From assembly GCA_048939625.1 (NCBI GenBank), contig JBHLPH010000018.1, forward strand, positions 1 to 36,932: a stretch of 36,932 bases of DNA, given 5' to 3'. The notes below the pieces were generated by a model. That model was not told where the DNA came from and ran no database searches. It saw nothing but the letters and a program-made list of their open reading frames with translations. Both the position numbers and the translations under genes were made by a program. Every line of letters starts with the position of its first letter. Position 1 is the stretch's first letter. This document shows, in pieces, positions 27,050 through 34,483 of the stretch. This DNA comes from Promethearchaeota archaeon. GTDB lineage: Archaea; Asgardarchaeota; Hermodarchaeia; Hermodarchaeales; Hermodarchaeaceae.

Positions 27050-28111
27050 TTACTCCGAGGGAATTGACCTTCGCTTCCAATAAACAAGTCCAGTAATGGC
27101 AGCGATGACCGCAATCACTCCAATAACTGCACCAAGAACTAAAGGCAGACTCGGAAAGACTGTTGCTACATTCCGAATGACTTCGAGTACATCATCAGTG
27201 TCTCTGACTTCCACATCGATTCGATACGGACCTCCAGTCAGTCCTGAAATAGCCCCTGTGTATGTATTACCTGAACCAACCAAGTTTAGCGTAGAAACAG
27301 GGGTAATTGGATTAGCCGTGGAATATACTTGAGCACGCACTGTATTAATCGCTGTGGAGTTGATACCAGGAAGCGTACTAGCTGGATCCGTGGTTATTAC
27401 GGATATGGTATAATCAGCCCCTGTTGGAGTAATGTTGACGCTCTCTGCATAGGATTGGTGGAGTGCAGCTTTGACTACCATAGCACATGCTTCATAGATT
27501 GGTGCCACGTCATATCCGCCGCCTGTTGGTCCGCCGCCTTGACTTCCTGTGATAATTCGATTATCATATACCAAGCGAACATTTTCTACGATGTTTGCAC
27601 CTGCAGTGAGCATTTCATCGTTACTCATCGAAAAAGAAGCAACTTTTGTTCCGGCACATATTGAACCTGCACTAGCAACAACTACGTTGCCAATGCAAAA
27701 TGTGGCAACAATTAATCCTTGGGCATGGGCGTTGGCAATGAGGTCACGAATTGTAAGACTAGCAATCAGAGAAGGCCAATTTCCGCCAGCCGGGATAAAC
27801 ACACAATCATATGTGCTAAGGGTATTTACATCGAAATTTTGGATAAGCATATCAGCAATGATCTCTCGAGGGGGTCGATTGTGACAAGCAGACACTGTTG
27901 TATCCAGTGCAAGGGCAATCGTTGTCGTTTGTACACCCCAGGCATCGAAGTAGTCTTGAGCTGTGAAGTAACTCCACCCAAACCCGTCTGAGACAATGAA
28001 TAGCACATGAACATCATTTATCGTCTGGCTAGATACCTGAAAAGGAGTAATCCCGACACAGCAGCTTAATGTTAACAGAGATAATAAGAAAACGATTTTG
28101 TAATTGATCAT
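27050..28111 (-). CDS. Secreted, C-terminally anchored DJ-1/PfpI-family protein
   Basis: Signal peptide; VLFIVSDGF, YDCVFIPAGG, VATFCIG, DNRIITG; beta-rich linker; TM plus WKRR. Start ATG 28111. Confidence 0.82.
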   Translation of the reverse strand: MINYKIVFLLSLLTLSCCVGITPFQVSSQTINDVHVLFIVSDGFGWSYFTAQDYFDAWGVQTTTIALALDTTVSACHNRPPREIIADMLIQNFDVNTLSTYDCVFIPAGGNWPSLIASLTIRDLIANAHAQGLIVATFCIGNVVVASAGSICAGTKVASFSMSNDEMLTAGANIVENVRLVYDNRIITGSQGGGPTGGGYDVAPIYEACAMVVKAALHQSYAESVNITPTGADYTISVITTDPASTLPGINSTAINTVRAQVYSTANPITPVSTLNLVGSGNTYTGAISGLTGGPYRIDVEVRDTDDVLEVIRNVATVFPSLPLVLGAVIGVIAVIAAITGLVYWKRRSIPSE

Positions 28112-28239
28112 ACCTCGAAACTCCTCATCTGAGTTCTTACAAAAGTTCACTTTGGAATGTATAATTTCATGGCAAACAACCAGTTCAGAAAATTTAGATT
28201 CAGTGTGATTTCAAATCGTATTTCCGAACAAACTGGTTC

Positions 28240-28530
28240 AGAAATAGAAAAAAGAATAGGGAGAGGGGCCTCGTCGCTTAACGGAGCCTCTCCCAAGATG
28301 CCATTCTAACCACCGACGAACTTGCCCTCTGTGTGAAAGAAGATGAGAGTGATACTGGATCTTGTGCGTTTTTTCCTGTATCACTCGTTTAATTGCTCTT
28401 GTGGGTTTCTCCCGACATCCATTTCGCAGGCATCTGCGAATATTCAAGTAAGTTCTTAGGCCTGCGAACAACAGCTAACCGGGATTTCCCCTGGCAGGGG
28501 ACGCGGGGATCCTGGTTGCTTTGTTTTTTG
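28240..28530. ncRNA. Candidate structured RNA / long 3' UTR with four stem-loops
   Basis: Stems at 28259-28294 (8 bp), 28347-28386 (9 bp), 28423-28468 (9 bp) and 28473-28520 (interrupted, nested TCCCCT/AGGGGA); T-tracts at both ends on opposite strands. Confidence 0.5.
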
Positions 28531-28534
28531 AGTC

Positions 28535-28648
28535 CTAAAGAACTCGCTCCCGTATATATGATTCAAATATGCGATTCTTGCGGTAATTTTCTTTCTCAAG
28601 GTTAATGTGAGGTTCATTGTGTTTCTCACCCTTGGATTTGGGTGTCAT
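28535..28648 (-). CDS. 37-aa small protein MTPKSKGEKHNEPHINLEKENYRKNRIFESYIRERVL
   Basis: Strong RBS GAGGTGAGGT immediately upstream of ATG 28648; this is the 3' part of the ORF-track 114-aa ORF. Confidence 0.55.
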   Translation of the reverse strand: MTPKSKGEKHNEPHINLEKENYRKNRIFESYIRERVL

Positions 28649-28688
28649 AGGTACCTCACCTCTTGGCGTGGAATCGATTTTCCGCTTC

Positions 28689-28830
28689 TGACACTCTGTA
28701 GGATTGCAGCTGAGTGTTCCAATGCTGATTTTATTTACGCTCAGTGTCATATTGATGTCACGCTGCGTCCCTAAGATGTCACACCGGTATATTAATATTA
28801 CTGTATGTGACAATATCATACGTGATAAAG
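28689..28830. promoter_or_regulatory. Divergent promoter region with phased TGTCA boxes (candidate operator)
   Basis: TGTCA at 28745, 28756, 28777 (degenerate CGTCC at 28766); inverse TGACA at 28689 and 28808; TGTCACA/TGTGACA flank TATTAATA. Confidence 0.55.
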
Positions 28831-28870
28831 CCTTACAAAAGCAAACTAATACAGATTGGATTGATTCATA

Positions 28871-29593
28871 ATGGACCACAATAAGGAAACTGAGAAGCCC
28901 TCACCACCCAGACCACCAGCCCCACCCACACCGCCGAAGCCCCCAAAACCTGAGGACTATGAAGATTTTATAACCGCACGACCGGAACCTATTCTTTTCT
29001 TAACCGAAGAACAGGAAGAGGTAGCAAAAGAGCATGGCGATATTATCAAAGCCATGATAGGAAAGAATCTCACGGCCAAAGAAGTTCATGCCTTGTATTT
29101 CAACCCAAACAAGGAAACTTATGATAAAACCATCAAGACTGTCTACCGGCACCTTGAAGTCCTCGAAAAGGCAGGTCTAGTCATCGAATGCGGCCACCGA
29201 AAACCCCATGACAGCCGGTTAACCGAGAAGCTATTTTGCCGATCAGCGAATATCTTCGTCCTTGGTGAAGGTCAGACCAAAAAAGAGTGGTGGAAAGAAG
29301 AGAAGGGAGAGAAAATCATTCAACGCATAAGCGTGCTTCTCCCTGAACTCCTCAGCTCGAAACTGAAGGACCAAACGGAGTTCAAGGCGTTAATGGAGCA
29401 GTTTCTCGAACAGCATGATAGCATTACTATGGAATTGTGGCGAAAAGCCCCCGAGAACGAGGGGATTTTTGAAATCTTCCGTGAAGCAAATCTCTGGGAA
29501 ATCAAATATCTCTCAGATTTGGTTTCAACCATTGGGTTAATCCTTCGCAATCCAGAACTCTGTGAGGGATTCAAAAAGGTCCTCAACAAGTAG
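28871..29593 (+). CDS. Winged-HTH (ArsR-like) transcriptional regulator with Pro-rich N-terminus
   Basis: LTAKEVH...TIKTVYRHLEVLEKAGLVIECG...TEKLFCRSA. Confidence 0.8.
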   Translation: MDHNKETEKPSPPRPPAPPTPPKPPKPEDYEDFITARPEPILFLTEEQEEVAKEHGDIIKAMIGKNLTAKEVHALYFNPNKETYDKTIKTVYRHLEVLEKAGLVIECGHRKPHDSRLTEKLFCRSANIFVLGEGQTKKEWWKEEKGEKIIQRISVLLPELLSSKLKDQTEFKALMEQFLEQHDSITMELWRKAPENEGIFEIFREANLWEIKYLSDLVSTIGLILRNPELCEGFKKVLNK

Positions 29594-29679
29594 GTAGCCT
29601 TTTCTGTGCTTAAGGAAAATCGAAGATATCTACCATTACTTAGAATGTGAAGGCGTCTAAGAACCCCGTAGTACATCCT

Positions 29680-31386
29680 TTATTCTGGAGTTCTTGGAGG
29701 TCGCCGAAGATACCAATATGCAGCGATAATGACAATTACAACGATAACAGTAGCTCCGAAGATTAGACCTGCGAGGGGCGGGTTTATTGGAAGAATACTG
29801 ATTTGAAACGAATCTGAGTTTAAGCCGGGAAGCCGAGTTTCTCGGTTCGCAGCATCTCTTGCAACAAAATAGTATAGTAGAGAGGGACTCGAAATATCAT
29901 TTGAAGGGATTGTGAATTGAAAGGTGGAGTTATCGATTCTTTCCATAATCTTTGATGTCCATATTGACGTGGCAGAATTGCGATATAAGAGATCAACTTC
30001 TGCAGCATAATCATCATCAGTAACGGACACCGTAAGTGTGAGAGGAGTGCTTTGGTACCATGATTGGATTGGGACATGCGAGACGAGGGGATTTTCCACA
30101 TCTTGTTTGGCAAAGTAAATGTCTTGATCTTCACCTCGACCATCAGTCCAGACGATATGAACTCGTCCTTGTGGACCAGTTCGCATAGTGAAGTAATCCC
30201 CGGGTCGCCAATAGTAGAGCGAAGTACCTTCTGAAGTTACCCGTACGTTTGGGGCAAAGGTAACCGCAGAATCATTTGAATAACTATAGTAGATGTTCCA
30301 TTCATCGTGCTGCGCATCTAACCAAGCTACGTGAATGTTATTTTCTTCATCGATGGTCATTTCAACCATGCGCTGCATTCTGGTAGTTACGGTATTAACA
30401 CGAACAGGAGGTTCCCAGAAGAATCCACCATCAGTCGATTTTGTTACATAGATATCTTTGTCTGTTGACGTTCCTGCAGAGTATGCTACATAGACGTTCC
30501 CGAGAGTATCTGTGTCGACTACATGGATTATGGCTGTTTCATCGTAGATGAGAGGAGTGACAATAATTTGTGGGGTCCAAGTAGTTCCGCCATCATCGGA
30601 TCTTGTAATCCATATTCGATCACCAGGAGGTCCGGACAGAGAATACCAGCCACCCGTGGCTACGTAGAGTGTGCCGTTGTGCGATGAGGCGATGTAGGGA
30701 ATGTAGGGCTGGAAGGGGGAGGTTGTTGGAATGAAGGTTTGCCCTCCATCGGTGGATTTCGTGAAGCGTAGTTGGTTGACTGTAGCGTATTCATCCCAAA
30801 CGATGTAAAGGTTGCCATTTGGATCCACACAAGCAGTGTCTTTGTCATCCATTCCAGGGGTGTCACTGGCTTCGACTGTGGGTTGCCATGTTTCCCCACC
30901 ATCAATGGTTTTAGCGACTCCGATGCCACTATCATCGTTTGAAACAAAATCCATGAAAACAAAGTAGGTGTTGTCTTGATTATCAGATACTAGCCAAGGG
31001 TCGGATTGTCTTCGTCCAGGTTCTGTTGGACTCATAAGAATATTGGACGAGAAGGTTTGCCCCGAGTCGGTAGAATAAGCAAAGCCCACACGATGCCCAG
31101 GACCTGCGTGTTCCGGGGCTTCTTTCCATCCCACTAGAACTCGTCCTGTACTTAGGACGGCTAATGTTGGTTCTACTTGTTGAGGGAAAGGTGATGTCCC
31201 ATCTATGACATTGACATTTCGCCCAAATCGAATATCAGCAGGATCTACAGGAATTTGATGAAAAATTGCTGAATGTCCTGTTGTTGTTATTCTGGATATT
31301 CTACCAAACACCGATCCAGGAAGGAGTACAAATTGTGTTCCAACAAGGAGTGTAAGAATGATGATAATTGTGGTCTTTGTTCGCAC
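29680..31386 (-). CDS. Asp-box (BNR)/sialidase-fold beta-propeller surface protein with Ig-like domain and C-terminal TM
   Basis: Six Asp-boxes (STDSGQTF, TIDGGETW, STDGGQTF, SDDGGTTW, STDGGFFW, SNDSAVTF); signal after GTG 31386 (ORF track 31437); TM plus RR tail. Confidence 0.85.
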   Translation of the reverse strand: MRTKTTIIIILTLLVGTQFVLLPGSVFGRISRITTTGHSAIFHQIPVDPADIRFGRNVNVIDGTSPFPQQVEPTLAVLSTGRVLVGWKEAPEHAGPGHRVGFAYSTDSGQTFSSNILMSPTEPGRRQSDPWLVSDNQDNTYFVFMDFVSNDDSGIGVAKTIDGGETWQPTVEASDTPGMDDKDTACVDPNGNLYIVWDEYATVNQLRFTKSTDGGQTFIPTTSPFQPYIPYIASSHNGTLYVATGGWYSLSGPPGDRIWITRSDDGGTTWTPQIIVTPLIYDETAIIHVVDTDTLGNVYVAYSAGTSTDKDIYVTKSTDGGFFWEPPVRVNTVTTRMQRMVEMTIDEENNIHVAWLDAQHDEWNIYYSYSNDSAVTFAPNVRVTSEGTSLYYWRPGDYFTMRTGPQGRVHIVWTDGRGEDQDIYFAKQDVENPLVSHVPIQSWYQSTPLTLTVSVTDDDYAAEVDLLYRNSATSIWTSKIMERIDNSTFQFTIPSNDISSPSLLYYFVARDAANRETRLPGLNSDSFQISILPINPPLAGLIFGATVIVVIVIIAAYWYLRRPPRTPE

Positions 31387-31465
31387 GACAGAGACCCCGT
31401 GGACGCTTGTGACTGGTTGTACTAAAGCGTTTACCAATCCTGCAAAGAACCTATGGAATTAGAAG

Positions 31466-32077
31466 TTAAGTTGGGCTATGGACGAGGCTTGGGGTATGTT
31501 CCGTTGACCCAAGTTGATGGCGTTGCATGGCAGAACATAGGGCACTAAAAACGAGATTGACATTTTTTCCTGTTTTAGCAGAACACAGAATATAGTTTGC
31601 AATTTGGTGCCGAGTGCAAAATGCCTGAATGGATTTCTCAGAGATTACTTGCCTTAAATCGGTTTTATTTCCTACAAGGACGATGGCATAATCTCCCTGA
31701 GTTGTATTCCAAGATGAGATGAACTCAAGCCAGTTCCCAGCAACTTCGAGAGACGTGGGTTCTGTGACATCAAAAATCAAAGCAACTCCTGATGCGCCTT
31801 GACAAAAACGAGGCATGAGACAGCGGAACCGTTCGTGTCCACTGAGATCCCATATGCTTAGGTTGATTGGACCTTCTTCGCCGTGACAGATTTTTTGAGC
31901 AAAGTTAACTCCGATGGTAGGTGCAACCTCAGAAAATCCTTCGAAGATTAGGCTGTTGACCAGAGTGGTTTTTCCAACATTATTGGCTCCTGCGACGAGC
32001 ACTTTTGCGAGAGAGGTTCTTGCAGTTACCATGGTTGTGTTCATTGCATTCGTTGCAACGACCCTTATAGACTCCAC
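31466..32077 (-). CDS. Ras-superfamily, Rab-like small GTPase
   Basis: G1 GANNVGKTT, G2 PTIGVNF, G3 WDLSGHERF, G4 NKTD, G5 CSAK. Start may be a downstream ATG. Confidence 0.92.
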   Translation of the reverse strand: MESIRVVATNAMNTTMVTARTSLAKVLVAGANNVGKTTLVNSLIFEGFSEVAPTIGVNFAQKICHGEEGPINLSIWDLSGHERFRCLMPRFCQGASGVALIFDVTEPTSLEVAGNWLEFISSWNTTQGDYAIVLVGNKTDLRQVISEKSIQAFCTRHQIANYILCSAKTGKNVNLVFSALCSAMQRHQLGSTEHTPSLVHSPT

Positions 32078-32093
32078 ACCAAATTATAGCGAG

Positions 32094-33305
32094 TTAACTC
32101 GAGTTAATTCGCCGTTTCCGAATGAAATAGACGCTAACAATTGCCACAGGAACAGCAATACCGAGAGAGATGATAATCCCTAGTCCCAACGAATTTGAAT
32201 CGATGGGAGTGAACTCTTCAATGGCTCGGGTGACATAGTTGACCAATTCGAATACGTCAATCTCACCTTCAAAATCGGAGGCTGTTTGCACGATGACCAA
32301 GTCGTATTCGGGGTGAATGATAATCCATTGACTATACAAGCCTCTTGCTTCAAAGGTGCCAAAGGCAAGCTGTTTCCACCACTGATACCCATACCCCGTT
32401 CCGGACCATGGCATTGCCGCGGAGCGCTGGGATTCATCAACCCAATCCGATGGAATTATTTGAGTTCCATCCCATTGCCCATCGTTAAGGTAGAGAAGCC
32501 CAAATTTCGCCATGTCCCGAGGGCAAAGGTGGAGTTCACTTCCACCAAAGTTTAGTCCGTTCCGGTCTCGGGTCCAAAATACATTCGAAATCCCTAATGG
32601 ACCGAAGAGATGTTCAAAAGCAAAATCAATGGGAACCTGACCACTGGTTTCACGGATTATTCCAGCAAGAAGATGGGATGCCCCAGTATTGTACACCCAA
32701 GTGGTTCCTGGCTCAGCGGCCATGGGTCGATCTAACATAAACTGAATGCAGTTGGTACTGTAAATCATTTGAACGAGGTCGTTACGTCCATCAGTGTAAG
32801 GGTAGGTCCATTCATCCCATTCAATCCCGGCTCGCATATTGAGGAGATTTTCTATGGTCATACGTTCTTTTCTATCATCCAGATTGGCAATCGTCCAATC
32901 AGAATAAATCTCCACTACTGGTGTATCCACACTCGGAATCAAGCCTTGTTCGATGGCAATACCAATTAACGCTGAAGTGAAGCTTTTGGTTACTGAATGG
33001 AGAATGTGATAATCATCAATATCGTAGGACCCAGGATAGTCTTCATAGACGATGTAACCATGTCTAACAATTAGATAGGAGTCTAATGGCAGGTTATTGA
33101 CCTGTGTAAAATAGTGTAGCTCTTGTAGAACTGTTGAACTCATTCCCTGTAATTCTGGTGGCGAGACATGCCAGTCATCGGTAGGCCAATAATCGGGTGT
33201 TAAGGAAGCTTGGCTCATGCCACTAGCCGGAGGTATCATTCCGAGAGTTGATAGCAATATGGGAAGAAGAAGGATAAACCACCAACGGCGATTCATGGAT
33301 ATCAT
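32094..33305 (-). CDS. Membrane-anchored serine hydrolase (beta-lactamase/6-aminohexanoate-dimer hydrolase-like)
   Basis: Signal peptide, YWPTDDW, SVTK (SxxK), YNT, RDMAKFG, YGYQWW, C-terminal TM plus RKRR. Confidence 0.9.
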   Translation of the reverse strand: MISMNRRWWFILLLPILLSTLGMIPPASGMSQASLTPDYWPTDDWHVSPPELQGMSSTVLQELHYFTQVNNLPLDSYLIVRHGYIVYEDYPGSYDIDDYHILHSVTKSFTSALIGIAIEQGLIPSVDTPVVEIYSDWTIANLDDRKERMTIENLLNMRAGIEWDEWTYPYTDGRNDLVQMIYSTNCIQFMLDRPMAAEPGTTWVYNTGASHLLAGIIRETSGQVPIDFAFEHLFGPLGISNVFWTRDRNGLNFGGSELHLCPRDMAKFGLLYLNDGQWDGTQIIPSDWVDESQRSAAMPWSGTGYGYQWWKQLAFGTFEARGLYSQWIIIHPEYDLVIVQTASDFEGEIDVFELVNYVTRAIEEFTPIDSNSLGLGIIISLGIAVPVAIVSVYFIRKRRINSS

Positions 33306-33388
33306 TTCCGGAGATGAGCCTCCAATAGATTTTCAGAAGTGGTTCGTCCTTAAATGCTTCAAGTAACCGGCAGAAAGGAAAACCAGAA

Positions 33389-34072
33389 TCACCGTGTGCG
33401 TTGTCCGATGTATTCGATTATCCATTCTTTTCGTGGTTTCTTATAGCGGAGATCTGATTCGAGCCCTTCAATACAGTGGAGGGGATTCAATTTAGGAAAT
33501 AGTTCCAAAACCTCTTCCTTTGAAAAGAAGTGGTAATGCAGTTTGTATCGAGGTATGTAGTAGGTATTTGGTTCAACCAAAGATGTCTCTCGTTTATCCC
33601 GAATATAGTATCCATACTCTTCTGGTGAAAAGACCCGAAGATACAAACACCCAAGTTTAGTCAAACCATCAATAATTCTCTGTGCCAGCTCCTCGATTTC
33701 TGATTTCAAAAAGAATTGTAACACCTTTGAGGCGATAATCAATGAATATCGTCTCTGCGGAATTTCAAACGTACGAATATCTGTCTGATGAACGACGATC
33801 GAGAGATGCTCTGCTTTAGCTCGTTCCTGACATTTTTTCACCGATGACTTGGACACATCAACACACTCAACCTCAAAACCCATCTTAGCAAAAAACAAAG
33901 CATTCCGTCCATTGCCTATACCCAAATCTAACACTGTACCTTTTGGGAAAACCGATTGATATTCCATAAGCCGCCAATCCGGCTCAAGCCCCCATTTGCC
34001 AACAACCTCTTGGTATGCCTGGTCCCAGCGTGTAAATTCCGACGACACGGGAAACAACCTCATATTACCCAA
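33389..34072 (-). CDS. Class I SAM-dependent methyltransferase (TehB-like)
   Basis: VLDLGIGNGRNALFFAKMGFEVECVDVS. Confidence 0.88.
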   Translation of the reverse strand: MGNMRLFPVSSEFTRWDQAYQEVVGKWGLEPDWRLMEYQSVFPKGTVLDLGIGNGRNALFFAKMGFEVECVDVSKSSVKKCQERAKAEHLSIVVHQTDIRTFEIPQRRYSLIIASKVLQFFLKSEIEELAQRIIDGLTKLGCLYLRVFSPEEYGYYIRDKRETSLVEPNTYYIPRYKLHYHFFSKEEVLELFPKLNPLHCIEGLESDLRYKKPRKEWIIEYIGQRTR

Positions 34073-34483
34073 GGCTAGGCGCCTTCAAAAATGCCTACGA
34101 AATCACCCACGATGAAAATCAGAACTCTGATCAATTCTTAGTGACCCAATTAATGAAAACGATTGGTAAGAAGAATTGGATAACGGAAGTTAATTTCATT
34201 TGGCTTTGAACAAGTAAACGATGTTTTCGCGAATTGGGTTTCAGATTTTGTAGCTTGCAGAGACCTTTGAAATAGTTGGTTGCAAAGGTGCTTAATTTTC
34301 TCAGCATCTGAAGCCTTTTGAATGAACGACGAGGAAGAAATTTTATAGGAGTTAGTTTGGTGCCTTGTATATTCGATTTTCGAAGGTGTTGATACGTCAG
34401 GACCGCCGACCAAATCGGGTGACAAAACCACAACACGAAATGGTGAAAGCGAGGAAAAGCATCAGCTCGACGAAGAAGAAACA

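Noticed and set aside
28238-28879. Same-frame minus-strand ORFs 28535-28879 and 28238-28471 separated by two TAG codons (pyrrolysine readthrough or pseudogene?)
   Set aside because: The downstream translation runs through hairpins and the terminator T-tract and resembles no family I recognise; no pyl genes are in the window.
32094-33305. Antibiotic-resistance beta-lactamase call
   Set aside because: The fold is shared by many esterases and amidases; motifs fit the generic serine hydrolase group.
34131-34436. Two minus-strand ORFs (101 and 93 aa) upstream of ClC
   Set aside because: No RBS or recognisable motif; the region is better explained as divergent promoters plus the ClC N-terminal extension.
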